Shown here: piece by piece, positions 10,416 through 19,607 of the stretch
Numbering within the stretch: the stretch's first letter is position 1
Layout of the letters: every line of letters starts with the position of its first letter
Assembly: GCA_005888295.1 (NCBI GenBank)
Contig: VAWP01000098.1
Coordinates: 2,747 to 66,746, forward strand
Reading direction: 5' to 3'
Length of the DNA: 64,000 bases
Origin: Actinomycetota bacterium
Lineage (GTDB): Bacteria > Actinomycetota > Acidimicrobiia > Acidimicrobiales > AC-9
Made by a program: the position numbers and the translations under genes
The notes under the pieces: model-generated
Databases searched by the model: none
The model's input: only the letters and a program-made list of their open reading frames with translations
What the model was told of the DNA's origin: nothing

Positions 10416-10960
10416 CAGCGGGGCGTCCCCACGTGCACCGGGACGGGCTGCTCGACCTGCAGCTCGGCGCCGGCGCCAGAGGCACGCCGGCGGCGGGTGA
10501 TCTCACCAGTGCGGATCTTCTCGTGCAGGGTGAGGATCGAGTGCAGCAACGTCTCCGGCGTGGGCGGGCACCCGGGGGTGTAGACGTCGACCGGAACAAC
10601 CTGATCGACGCCCTGGACGATGGCGTAGTTGTTGAACATCCCGCCGGTGGATGCGCACACGCCCATCGAGATCACCCACTTGGGCTCGGGCATCTGGTCG
10701 TAGACCTGGCGCAGCACGGGAGCCATCTTCTGCGAGACCCTGCCGGCGACGATCATGAGGTCGGCCTGCCGGGGCGAGGCCCGGAACACCTCCATGCCGA
10801 AACGGGCGAGGTCGTAGTCGGCCGCCCCGGCGGACATCATCTCGATGGCGCAGCAGGCGAGGCCGAAGGTGGCCGGCCACACGCTGTTGCGACGGGCCCA
10901 CTTCACCAGGTTCTCGAGGTTGCCGGTGAGGAAGTTGTGGTTGAGGCTCTCGAGCCCCAT
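10415..10960 (-). CDS. nuoB: NADH-quinone oxidoreductase subunit B
   Basis: Start [13 protein letters not shown]; ...[15 protein letters not shown]...[16 protein letters not shown]...[11 protein letters not shown]2-cluster motifs. Confidence 0.9.
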   Translation of the reverse strand: MGLESLNHNFLTGNLENLVKWARRNSVWPATFGLACCAIEMMSAGAADYDLARFGMEVFRASPRQADLMIVAGRVSQKMAPVLRQVYDQMPEPKWVISMGVCASTGGMFNNYAIVQGVDQVVPVDVYTPGCPPTPETLLHSILTLHEKIRTGEITRRRRASGAGAELQVEQPVPVHVGTPR

Positions 10961-10962
10961 CG

Positions 10963-11412
10963 TCAGGCCGCCTCGCCGGTGTCCTGGGCGATGCGACGGA
11001 CCGTCGTGTCGGTCGTGCGCTCGGTCGTGGTGCCCGGCAGGGGGCGAAGGCGCTTGACGGGTCCCCAGTCGAGGGCGCCGTTGGCGATGAGGTAGATGAA
11101 CGAGAGCAGGACGGCGACGGCGAACAGGACCATCTCGACCAGACCGAACGTGTTCAGCTGGCGGAAGATGACCGCCCAGGGGTACAGGAAGATGATCTCG
11201 ATGTCGATGACGATGAAGACCATGGCGACGATGTAGAAGCGCACCGGGAAGCGCTCCGCTGGCTCCCGCTCGGGCACGATGCCGCACTCGTAGGGAGCCG
11301 CCTTGGCGCTCGTCGGCCGCTTGGGTCCCAGCAGCGTGGACGCGAGGAACGAGAGCGCAGCGAAGACAATCGAGAGGACGAACATGCAGACGATCGGCAG
11401 GTAGTTATCCAT
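10963..11412 (-). CDS. nuoA: NADH-quinone oxidoreductase subunit A
   Basis: 149-aa ORF, ...[44 protein letters not shown]...; first gene of the operon. Confidence 0.9.
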   Translation of the reverse strand: MDNYLPIVCMFVLSIVFAALSFLASTLLGPKRPTSAKAAPYECGIVPEREPAERFPVRFYIVAMVFIVIDIEIIFLYPWAVIFRQLNTFGLVEMVLFAVAVLLSFIYLIANGALDWGPVKRLRPLPGTTTERTTDTTVRRIAQDTGEAA

Positions 11413-11543
11413 CGGCGGGCTGCCCCCCTGGTGGCGAGGCCGGTATCGTCTGACCTCGCCGCCTTTGTACCACGGCCCCTCGAAGGCGGTCAGATCGGCG
11501 CCGCCCCCGGGTGGCGGCGGGACGCCCCAGTAGAGTCGTCGCC

Positions 11544-12794
11544 ATGAGCACGTCCGTCGATCGCCGTCACGACGTCCTCGTCGTGGGGGCGGGTCCGTCG
11601 GGGTCGGCGTGCGCGTACTGGCTCGCCGATGCCGGCTACGACGTGACGCTGGTCGAGCGCAAGCGCTTCCCCAGAGAGAAGACGTGCGGGGACGGGCTCA
11701 CTCCTCGCGCCGTGCGCCAGCTCGAGGACATGGGCCTGGCCCAGGAGCTGGCCGGCTTCCATCGCTACGACGGGCTCCGGGCGATGGCCTTCGGTCGCCA
11801 GCTGGAGCTGGCCTGGCCCGACCACCCCGATCTCCCGGCCCACGGCTACGTGGTCACCCGGCGGGATCTCGACCACCTCGTGGCCGAGCGGGCCCAGAAG
11901 GCCGGCGCCGCGCTGCGGCAGGGCACGGAAGCGGCGGCGCCCGTCATCGAGGACGGCCGGGTTCGGGGAGCGGTGGTGGCGACCCGGGATGCGGGGCGGA
12001 CCGAGCAGATCAGGTCCCGCTACGTGGTCGTGTCCGACGGCGCCAACTCACGGTTCGGGCGGGCGCTGGGCACGAGCCGGGACCGTGGCCTGGCCCTCGG
12101 CATGGCGCTGCGCGGCTACTACCGCTCGCCCCGGCACGCCGAGCCCTGGATCGAGTCGCATCTCGACGTCCGCGATCGCACCGGCCAGGTCCTCCCCGGC
12201 TACGGCTGGATCTTCCCCCTGGGCGACGGCCGGGTGAACGTGGGCGTCGGGTTGCTCTCCACCTCCGACCGCTGGGCGGGTGTCAACACCACGGAGCTCA
12301 TGGCCGCGTTCGTCGACACGGCTCCGAGCTCCTGGGAGCTGTCGCGCGCCACCTCCTGCGGGGCGCCGACCGGCGGACGACTGCCGATGGGCCTGTCCGT
12401 TGGCCCTCGGGTCGGTCCGGGCCACCTGGTCGTGGGCGACGCGGCGGGATCGATCAACCCGTTCAACGGTGAGGGCATCGCCTACGCCTACGAGACGGGC
12501 CGCCTGGCCGCCGTGGCGGTCGGCGAGGCGCTCGCCAATGACGACGACGGCGCCCTCCGGGCCTACGAGTCGGCGCTCCAGCACCGCTACGGGCTCTACT
12601 ACCGGGTGGCGCAGGCGTTCGTGCAGCTCATCGGACGACCCCAGCTGATGCGGGCGCTGGTCGGCACCGGCATGCACAGCCGCACCCTGATGGAGTGGGT
12701 CCTGCGCATCATGGCCAACCTGTTGCGCCCCGACGAGATCGGGCCGGCCGAGGCCGCCTACCGGGCGGTGGCGGCGCTGGCGCGCCTGGCGTAG
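11544..12794 (+). CDS. Geranylgeranyl reductase family FAD-dependent oxidoreductase
   Basis: MSTSVDRRHDVLVVGAGPSGSACAYWLADAGYDVTLVERKRFPREKTCGDGLTPRAV... (GxGxxG plus the CGDGL motif typical of the family); ATG at 11544 preferred over upstream GTG 11511. Confidence 0.8.
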   Translation: MSTSVDRRHDVLVVGAGPSGSACAYWLADAGYDVTLVERKRFPREKTCGDGLTPRAVRQLEDMGLAQELAGFHRYDGLRAMAFGRQLELAWPDHPDLPAHGYVVTRRDLDHLVAERAQKAGAALRQGTEAAAPVIEDGRVRGAVVATRDAGRTEQIRSRYVVVSDGANSRFGRALGTSRDRGLALGMALRGYYRSPRHAEPWIESHLDVRDRTGQVLPGYGWIFPLGDGRVNVGVGLLSTSDRWAGVNTTELMAAFVDTAPSSWELSRATSCGAPTGGRLPMGLSVGPRVGPGHLVVGDAAGSINPFNGEGIAYAYETGRLAAVAVGEALANDDDGALRAYESALQHRYGLYYRVAQAFVQLIGRPQLMRALVGTGMHSRTLMEWVLRIMANLLRPDEIGPAEAAYRAVAALARLA

Positions 12795-12835
12795 CCAAGG
12801 AGCTCGCTCAGAAGGTCCGCCTCATCAGTCGCGTC

Positions 12836-12966
12836 GGTGAGGGAGCGGCACCCTCGGCTCGCCCTCAGTTCTTCGAAATTCGGGCCAGCCGATGCGCCGA
12901 GCCGGATCCCCCGCGACGAGCGGGGCCAGGGCCGCGCGCCGGCCACTTTCGACAACATGTGGAACC
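12836..12966. repeat. Modular intergenic repeat, copy A (modules 1-2-3)
   Basis: Module 1 12836-12852 GTGAGGGAGCGGCACCC is identical to 59052-59068. Module 2 12871-12920 matches 59314-59361 at about 39/50 positions. Module 3 12941-12966 matches 59210-59235 at 24/26. Confidence 0.5.
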
Positions 12967-12972
12967 GCGGCT

Positions 12973-14268
12973 CTACCGACGCGGACCGGTGGCCAGCTCG
13001 GCCGCGACCTCGGCCGCTGCCTCCAGCGTGAACGCCACGTCCTCGTCGGTGTGGGACAGGCTGGGGAACATGGCCTCGTAGGGCCCGGGGGCCAGGGCCA
13101 CGCCCCGAGCCAGCATGGCGTGGAAGAACCGGGCGTACTGCCCCCCGGCGGCCGCGGCCTGGGCGCCCACGTAGTCGGTCACGGGCTCGGCGCGGAAGAA
13201 CAGCCCCATCAGCGGCCCCACCACGGGGACCTGAGCGGCGACGCCAGCGTGACGGAACGCCTCGGCCAGGCCCGCCGACAAGCGCCCCACGCGCTCGGAC
13301 AGGACACGGTAGGCATCCGGCGTCAGCTGCTCCAGGGCGGCCACGCCCGCCGCCGTGGCCAGCGGGTTCCCGGCCAGGGTGCCCGCCTGGTACACGGGAC
13401 CGACGGGAGCGAGCACCTCCATGGTCGAACGCCGGCCTCCGAACGCCCCCACCGGCAGCCCGCCGCCGATCACCTTCCCGAAGCACCAGAGATCCGGGAC
13501 GACGCCGCTCGTCTCGGTCACGCCGCCAGGGGCCACCCGGAAGCCGGTGATGACCTCGTCGAAGATCAACAGCGCGCCGGCGGCGTCGCACGCCTGACGC
13601 AGTCCCTCGAGGAACCCTGGGCCGGGGGGGACGAGGCCCATGTTGGCGGCCACGGGCTCGACGATCACGCACGCCACGTCGGTCCCGACCTCCGGGACGC
13701 GGTTGTAGGGGGCGACGACGGTGTCGGCGACCGCGGCCGGCGGCACCCCGGCGGAGTCGGGCAGCCCCAGCGTCGCCACCCCGCTGCCGCCGCCGGCCAG
13801 GAGGCTGTCGCTGTGGCCGTGGTAGCAGCCGGCGAACTTGACCACCCGCGAGCGGCCGGTGGCTCCCCGCGCCACCCGCACCGCGCTCATGGCCGCCTCG
13901 GTGCCGCTCGAGGTGAGCCGGATCAGCTCACACCCCGGCACCCGGTCGCGGATGACCTCGGCCAGGACCACCTCTCCCTCGGTCGGCGCACCGTAGGAGG
14001 TGCCCCGGCCGGCCGCCCGCCGGACGGCGTCGACGATCGCGGGATGGGCGTGACCCAGGATGGAAGCTCCGTACGACTGGACGTAGTCGACGTAGCGACG
14101 GCCCTCGACGTCCCAGACGTAGGCGCCCTCGGCCCGCTCGACGAAGTAGGGCGCACCACCGACGGCCTTGAACGCCCGCACGGGCGAGTCGACCCCACCC
14201 GGCAGCACCCGGCAGGCCCGCTGGTAGAGCTCGGCGTTCGTCGTCGCCTCGGGGCCTGCCTCAATCAC
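12973..14268 (-). CDS. hemL: Glutamate-1-semialdehyde 2,1-aminomutase
   Basis: 431-aa ORF, ...VLPGGVDSPVRAFKAVGG...YGASILGHAHP...FDEVITGFRV...; adjacent to hemB. Confidence 0.9.
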   Translation of the reverse strand: MIEAGPEATTNAELYQRACRVLPGGVDSPVRAFKAVGGAPYFVERAEGAYVWDVEGRRYVDYVQSYGASILGHAHPAIVDAVRRAAGRGTSYGAPTEGEVVLAEVIRDRVPGCELIRLTSSGTEAAMSAVRVARGATGRSRVVKFAGCYHGHSDSLLAGGGSGVATLGLPDSAGVPPAAVADTVVAPYNRVPEVGTDVACVIVEPVAANMGLVPPGPGFLEGLRQACDAAGALLIFDEVITGFRVAPGGVTETSGVVPDLWCFGKVIGGGLPVGAFGGRRSTMEVLAPVGPVYQAGTLAGNPLATAAGVAALEQLTPDAYRVLSERVGRLSAGLAEAFRHAGVAAQVPVVGPLMGLFFRAEPVTDYVGAQAAAAGGQYARFFHAMLARGVALAPGPYEAMFPSLSHTDEDVAFTLEAAAEVAAELATGPRR

Positions 14269-15244
14269 CGAGCATCTCGGCCAGCTCGGGAGCGAAGTAG
14301 GTGAGGATCAGGTCGGCGCCGGCGCGCTTGATGGCGCCCACGTGCTCGAGGGCCACCGCGGCGCCGTCGATCCAGCCCCGCTCGCTCGCCGCCTTGACCA
14401 TGGCGTACTCACCGCTCACGTTGTAGGCGGCCACGGGGACGTCGAACCTGGCCCGCACGGCGGCGATCACGTCGAGGTAGGCGAGAGCGGGCTTGACCAT
14501 GACGATGTCGGCGCCCTCGGCCAGGTCGAGGCTCACCTCGCTGAGCGCCTCACGGCGGTTGGGCGGGTCCTGCTGGTAGCCGCGCCGGTCCCCACCGCCG
14601 GCGATCCTGACGTCGACCGCGTCGCGGAACGGTCCGTACAGGGCGGACGCGTACTTGGCCGCGTAGGCCAGGATGCCGACCTCCGCCCGACCGTCGTCGT
14701 CGAGCGCGGCGCGGATGGCCCCCACCTGGCCGTCCATCATCCCGCTCGGGGCCACCATGTCCGCGCCGGCGTCCGCCTGAGCCACGGCGACCCGTCCGTA
14801 GAGCTCGAGCGTGGCGTCGTTGTCCACGGTCCCGGACGCGGTGAGCACCCCGCAGTGCCCGTGGTCGGTGTACTCGTCGAGACACAGGTCAGCGACCAGC
14901 ACCATGGCGTCGCCCAGCTCGAGGCGCAGCTCGCGCAGCGCCACCTGGGTGACCCCGTCGGGGTTCCACGCCTCGGAGCCGAGGGGATCCTTGGCGGCAG
15001 GGAGGCCGAACAGGACGAGCGCCGGCACTCCGAGCGAGCTCAGGCGGCGGGCCTCCTTCACGAGCGAGGCGGTGGTGTGCTGAACCACGCCCGGCAGCGA
15101 CAGGACCGGCTGGGGCTCGTCGATGCCTTCGCGCACGAAGAGCGGCGCCACGAGATCGTCGACCGACACCCGCGTCTCGGCGACCATGCGCCGCAGGGCG
15201 GGCAGCCGCCGGAGCCTGCGCAGTCGCCGGGCGGGAAAGCTCAC
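14261..15244 (-). CDS. hemB: Porphobilinogen synthase (delta-aminolevulinate dehydratase)
   Basis: 327-aa ORF, RRLRRLPALRRMVAETRVSVDDLVAPLFVREG...DEYTDHGHCGVL...MVAPSGMMDGQV...MVKPALAYLD. Confidence 0.9.
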   Translation of the reverse strand: MSFPARRLRRLRRLPALRRMVAETRVSVDDLVAPLFVREGIDEPQPVLSLPGVVQHTTASLVKEARRLSSLGVPALVLFGLPAAKDPLGSEAWNPDGVTQVALRELRLELGDAMVLVADLCLDEYTDHGHCGVLTASGTVDNDATLELYGRVAVAQADAGADMVAPSGMMDGQVGAIRAALDDDGRAEVGILAYAAKYASALYGPFRDAVDVRIAGGGDRRGYQQDPPNRREALSEVSLDLAEGADIVMVKPALAYLDVIAAVRARFDVPVAAYNVSGEYAMVKAASERGWIDGAAVALEHVGAIKRAGADLILTYFAPELAEMLGD

Positions 15245-15253
15245 GCCTTCAGC

Positions 15254-16753
15254 CTACGGCCGGCGGTAGGGCTGGGGGTCCCCGCCGCTCGCGGCGCGAG
15301 CTTCCACCAGGGCGTCGACCAGCCCCTCGATCGTGTGCGTGGGGGCGACCACGTCGACGTGCAGCCCCCTCGATCGGGCCGTGTCGGCGGTGACGGGCCC
15401 GATGCACGCCACGACCGGCGGCACGTCCTCGCGGCCGACGACGTCGAGGAAGCCGGTGACCGTCGAGGAGGAGGTGAAGGTGACGACCTGGGCGGTCCTG
15501 ACCGCGGCCAGCTCGTCGGGGGACGGGCGAAGCCGCTCGGTGCGGTACGCCTCGACCACGTCGACCTGCCACCCCTTGGCCTGCAGCCCCTTCGGGAGCA
15601 CGTCCCGGGCGTCGGCCGCCCGGGGCAGGAGCACCCGCCCGCCGCCCACCGAGCCGGCCGGTGACCGGTCGGGGAAGGCGTCGACGAGGTCCTCGGCGAT
15701 GAAACGCCCGGGCACGAGGTCGGCGACGAGGCCGAAGCGGGCGAGGGTCTGCGCCGTGGCGGGGCCGATGGCGGCGACGCTGGCGGCCCCGAAGGCGCGG
15801 GCGTCGCGCACGTCGGCCATGAGCGCCTCCACGGCGTTGGCCGAGGTGAAGACCACCCACTCGTAGCCATCCAGGCGGGCGGCGGCGGACCGCAGCGAGG
15901 CGCCTCCGTCGGCCGCCCCGGCGACCGAGATGACCGGGAGCTCCACGGTCCCCGCTCCGACCGCCCGCAGGCGATCGACCAGGGTCGAGGCCTGGGACCG
16001 TGCCCGGGTCACGACCACCGTCCAACCGAGGAGCGGCCGCCGCTCGAACCAGGCCAGGTCCATGTGGGCGACCGCACCGATCACCATGGTCACGGGCGGC
16101 GCCAGCTCGGTCGCGGCCAGGCCGGCGAGCGTCGTGCGAACACTTCGCTGGCGCGGTCGGGTGCCCCAGCTGACCGCGACCACGGGCGTCGCGGCCGGCC
16201 GCCCTCCTTCGATGAGCCGCCTGGCGATCTCGTCGCGGTGGGCGACGCCCATGAGGACGACGATCGTCCCGCCGACCTTGGCCAGGGCGCCCCAGTCGAC
16301 GTCGGCGTCGAGGGCCTGCCGGCTGTGACCCGTCACGACGGTGAACGACGTCGAGAGCCCGCGGTGGGTCACGGGGACCCCGGCGTAGGCGGGAACGGCG
16401 ACCGCCGCCGACACACCGGGCACGACCTCGAACTCGACGCCGGCGGCGGCCAGGGCCTCGGCCTCCTCACCTCCGCGGCCGAACACGAACGGGTCGCCCC
16501 CCTTGAGCCGCACGACACGACGGCCGGCGCGGCCGTGCTCCACGAGCAGGGCGTTGATCTCGTCCTGGTGCACGGGAAAGCCGGGCCGCTTGCCGACGTC
16601 GATCCGCTCCGCCGCGCCGGGCGCCAGGTCGAGGAGCGACCGTTCCGCCAGCCGGTCGTGGACCACCACCTCGGCCCGGCCGAGCACCTCGGCGCCCCTG
16701 ACCGTCAGCAGACCGGGGTCGCCGGGCCCGGCACCGACGAGGTACACGGTCAC
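15254..16753 (-). CDS. Fused uroporphyrinogen-III C-methyltransferase / uroporphyrinogen-III synthase
   Basis: GTG start (GTGA overlap with hemC stop): VTVYLVGAGPGDPGLLTVRGAEVLGRAEVVVHDRL...RLKGGDPFVFGRGGEE (CobA/SUMT) followed by a HemD-like C-terminal half; the rest of the 784-aa ORF is upstream read-through. Confidence 0.85.
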   Translation of the reverse strand: MTVYLVGAGPGDPGLLTVRGAEVLGRAEVVVHDRLAERSLLDLAPGAAERIDVGKRPGFPVHQDEINALLVEHGRAGRRVVRLKGGDPFVFGRGGEEAEALAAAGVEFEVVPGVSAAVAVPAYAGVPVTHRGLSTSFTVVTGHSRQALDADVDWGALAKVGGTIVVLMGVAHRDEIARRLIEGGRPAATPVVAVSWGTRPRQRSVRTTLAGLAATELAPPVTMVIGAVAHMDLAWFERRPLLGWTVVVTRARSQASTLVDRLRAVGAGTVELPVISVAGAADGGASLRSAAARLDGYEWVVFTSANAVEALMADVRDARAFGAASVAAIGPATAQTLARFGLVADLVPGRFIAEDLVDAFPDRSPAGSVGGGRVLLPRAADARDVLPKGLQAKGWQVDVVEAYRTERLRPSPDELAAVRTAQVVTFTSSSTVTGFLDVVGREDVPPVVACIGPVTADTARSRGLHVDVVAPTHTIEGLVDALVEARAASGGDPQPYRRP

Positions 16754-17679
16754 GGGGCACCCGTGCCGGCGAGATCGTCGAGGACCGCCTGCCCGCCGCA
16801 GTCGTCGAGGAGGTGGCGGGCCAGACCCCGGCCCAGCGATCCCGGGTCCGTTCCCACCATGTCCTGGCGGAGCATCACCCGCCCGTCGAGGCTCGAGACC
16901 ATGCCCGACAGCTGGAGGTCGGCGCCGCCGGCCGGCTGGGCGTACGCACCCACGGGCAGGTCGCAGCTGCCACCGAGCTCGGCCAGGAAGGAGCGCTCGG
17001 CCTCGACGGCCCGCCTCGACGGAGCGTGGTCGACCGTGACCACGGCCTCCAGCGTGGCCTCGTCGCCCACACGGCACTCGACGGCGAGAGCGCCCTGGCC
17101 GACCTGGGGCAGCATCAGGGCGGGATCGAGAGCTTCGGCCACACGGTCGGTCCGTCCCAGACGGCGCAGCGCGGCCAGGGCCACCACGACGGCGTCGAAG
17201 CGAGCGGCCTTGGCCAGACGGGTGGCGATGTTGCCCCGCAGACCGGCGAAGGTCAGGTCGGGCCGGGTCCAGGCCAGCTGGGCCCGCCGGCGCACCGACC
17301 CGGTCGCCACCACCGCACCCGTCGGGAGCTCGTCGAGCGCCAGCCCCACGAGGGCGTCGCGAGGATCCTCGCGCGCCGGGATGGCGGCCAGCACGAGCCC
17401 CGGCGTCGGGGCGGACGGAAGATCCTTGGCCGAGTGCACCGCCACGTCGGCCCGCCCGTCCAGCACGGCCGCCTGCACCTCGGTGACGAAGACACCCTGC
17501 CCGCCGATCTCCCAGATCGGCACGTCGCCCAGGCGATCGCCGCTGGTGTCGACGACGACGGCCTCGATCTCCCGCCCGAGGAGCTCGCCGATGTGGCTCG
17601 TCTGCCAACGGGCGAGCTCGCTGCCCCGGGTGGCCGCCCGCAGCGCCGGCCGGGCAGCGCTCACGACGCCTCCTTTCAC
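16750..17679 (-). CDS. hemC: Hydroxymethylbilane synthase (porphobilinogen deaminase)
   Basis: 309-aa ORF, ...RAATRGSELARWQTSHIG...GGQGVFVTEVQ...HSAKDLP...LRGNIATRL...QGALAVE... Confidence 0.9.
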   Translation of the reverse strand: MKGGVVSAARPALRAATRGSELARWQTSHIGELLGREIEAVVVDTSGDRLGDVPIWEIGGQGVFVTEVQAAVLDGRADVAVHSAKDLPSAPTPGLVLAAIPAREDPRDALVGLALDELPTGAVVATGSVRRRAQLAWTRPDLTFAGLRGNIATRLAKAARFDAVVVALAALRRLGRTDRVAEALDPALMLPQVGQGALAVECRVGDEATLEAVVTVDHAPSRRAVEAERSFLAELGGSCDLPVGAYAQPAGGADLQLSGMVSSLDGRVMLRQDMVGTDPGSLGRGLARHLLDDCGGQAVLDDLAGTGAP

Positions 17680-17707
17680 CGGGCCCGCCTCCCGGGCGGG
17701 CCTCCCC

Positions 17708-18973
17708 CTACAGGTCGAACAGGGTACGGAGGGCGTCCCCGAGCCGCTCCGCCCGAGGCGAGCCGGCCGACTCCTTGAGCTGCACCGTCGGCTCGTGCAG
17801 GAGCTTGCCCAGGATGCCCCTGGTGAGGGCCTCGACGGCCTCCCGCTCCTTGGGGTCGAGGCTGCTCAAGCGGGAGCGGAACCGCTGCAGCTCCCCCACC
17901 CTCACGTCCTCGGCCCGAGCTCGCAGGGCCGCCACCAGCGGCGCCGCGCCCCGTGCTGCGGTGCTGTCCAGGTACCGCTCGAGCTCCTCGTCGACCAGCG
18001 CCCGGACCCGGGCGACCTCACGACGGCGACCGGCCATCCCCGCCTCGGCGAAGGACCGGAGGTCGTCCATGTCGAGCAGCGTCACCCCGTCGAGCGCGGC
18101 GACACCGGGATCGACGTCGCGGGGCACGGCGACGTCCATCACGAGCAGCGGCCGGCCGCGGCGGCGACGGACCACCGGGGCCAGGTCCGACGCCTCGAGG
18201 AGGATGGACGGCGACCCCGTGGACGTCAGCACCACGTCGACCTCGGCCATCGCCTCGCCCAGGGCGCCGAGCTCGACGGTCTCACCGCCGACCCGTTCGG
18301 CCAGCTCGACGGCGCGGCCCTGGGTCCGGTTGGCCACCATCACCCGCCGGGCGCCGGCCGAGGAGGCGAGCGCGGCTGCCATCCCCTCGCCCACATCGCC
18401 GGCCCCGACCATCAGCACGTCGTAGCCGTCGAGCGACCCCCCCAGCCGCTCCTGGACCAGGGCGACCGCAGCCTGGGAGAGAGACGTGATCCCACGGGCG
18501 ATGGCGGTCTCCGAGCGTGACCGCTTTCCCACCTCCACGGCGTGGCGGAACAGGTGCGAGAGCGTGGGGCCGGCCGCCGACTCCTCCCACGCCCGCTCCC
18601 AGGCGTTGCGAACCTGGCTCAGGACCTCGCCTTCGCCCAGCACGGGTGAGTCGATGCCGGCCGCCACCTCGAACAGGTGCGCCGCCGCGCCCTCCTCGAA
18701 ATAGCTGTAGAGGTCGTCGGCGAAGTCCTCCGGCGGCGTGGAGCTCAGCCGGGCCAGGAAGCCGCGGATGTCGCTCACTCCCCCGTGGAAGCGCTCGACG
18801 ACGGCGTAGACCTCGGTCCGCATGCACGTGGAGAGGACGACGACCTCGGAGAGGTGGGAGCTGTCCCTGAGGTCGCGGAGCGCCTTGGGGAGCTGGGCGT
18901 CACCCACCGTCATGCGCTCGAGCATGTCGAGGGCAACGGTGCGCTGGTTGAGCCCTACGACGACGACAGACAC
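17708..18973 (-). CDS. hemA: Glutamyl-tRNA reductase
   Basis: Probable GTG start VSVVVVGLNQRTVALDMLER...VLSTCMRTEVYAV...GEGEVLSQV...MVGAGDVGEG; N-terminal 95 aa of the 516-aa ORF look like read-through. Confidence 0.85.
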   Translation of the reverse strand: MSVVVVGLNQRTVALDMLERMTVGDAQLPKALRDLRDSSHLSEVVVLSTCMRTEVYAVVERFHGGVSDIRGFLARLSSTPPEDFADDLYSYFEEGAAAHLFEVAAGIDSPVLGEGEVLSQVRNAWERAWEESAAGPTLSHLFRHAVEVGKRSRSETAIARGITSLSQAAVALVQERLGGSLDGYDVLMVGAGDVGEGMAAALASSAGARRVMVANRTQGRAVELAERVGGETVELGALGEAMAEVDVVLTSTGSPSILLEASDLAPVVRRRRGRPLLVMDVAVPRDVDPGVAALDGVTLLDMDDLRSFAEAGMAGRRREVARVRALVDEELERYLDSTAARGAAPLVAALRARAEDVRVGELQRFRSRLSSLDPKEREAVEALTRGILGKLLHEPTVQLKESAGSPRAERLGDALRTLFDL

Positions 18974-19584
18974 GCCTGCAGCCGCTCCCTCGCTCGGTCG
19001 ACCTGACCGCTCCTGATGAGGTCGAGCATGTCGGAGTCGAGCGCCTTTTGCCAGTCGAGTCCCTCGGTCGAGCGGCCCGCCGCCCTGAGGCGTTCCCGCT
19101 CGGTCGACAGCAGCTCGCCCAGCACGCCGTACTCGGGTCCGAGCTGGGCGGCGAGCCGGGCCCCGAGCCAGGCCGACAGGGCGGGACTGCGCCCGCCGGT
19201 CGAGACCGTGACCATCACCGCCCCCTGACGGATGACCGAGGGCAGGGTGAAGGCGCACGACGCAGGGTCGTCGGCGCTGTTCACCCAGACCCCCTCGGCC
19301 TCGCCGTCCTCGTACACGGCCCGGTTGACGGCAGGGTCGTCGGTGGCGGCGACGACCAGGCGGTAGCCGGCGACATCGCCTCGCCGGTAGGGCCGCTCCT
19401 CCCAGCTGACGCCCTCGAGGGAACGGACCTGGCTGTCGACCTGTGCGGCGATCACGTGGACCCTGGCGCCGCAGGCCAGCAGTCCCTCGGCCTTGCGGGC
19501 CGCGATCCGCCCCGCCCCCACCACCAGACAGGGCTGGTCGTCCAGGACCAGGTTCACCGGGTACTGGGGCGTGTCGACGGCCAC
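18955..19584 (-). CDS. Precorrin-2 dehydrogenase / sirohydrochlorin ferrochelatase (SirC / CysG N-terminal domain type)
   Basis: 209-aa ORF, YPVNLVLDDQPCLVVGAGRIAARKAEGLLACGARVHVIA...ATDDPAVNRAVYEDGEAEGVWVNSADDP. Confidence 0.75.
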   Translation of the reverse strand: MAVDTPQYPVNLVLDDQPCLVVGAGRIAARKAEGLLACGARVHVIAAQVDSQVRSLEGVSWEERPYRRGDVAGYRLVVAATDDPAVNRAVYEDGEAEGVWVNSADDPASCAFTLPSVIRQGAVMVTVSTGGRSPALSAWLGARLAAQLGPEYGVLGELLSTERERLRAAGRSTEGLDWQKALDSDMLDLIRSGQVDRARERLQACLSSS

Positions 19585-19607
19585 GGAATCGGTTCCTATC
19601 TAGCTGT

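Noticed and set aside
11413-11543. Search for a Rex operator (TTGTGAA...TTCACAA) in the nuoA / GGR divergent region and upstream of rex
   Set aside because: Only a weak TTTGTACCACGG was seen, with no convincing inverted repeat. It is not reported as a site.
12837-13031. Small ORFs beginning MRERHP at both copies of the intergenic repeat (12837-13031 and 59052-59570)
   Set aside because: The peptides agree only for the first six residues, which are encoded by the 17-nt identical module, and then diverge completely. The conservation is nucleotide-level, not coding.
17708-19258. N-terminal extensions of many track ORFs (hemA 516 aa, cobA/hemD 784 aa, nuoH 827 aa, nuoG 1116 aa, rex 360 aa, nuoI 314 aa)
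   Set aside because: The upstream parts are compositional read-through overlapping the preceding gene. Homology-like sequence begins at internal starts that coincide with ATGA/GTGA coupling or an RBS.
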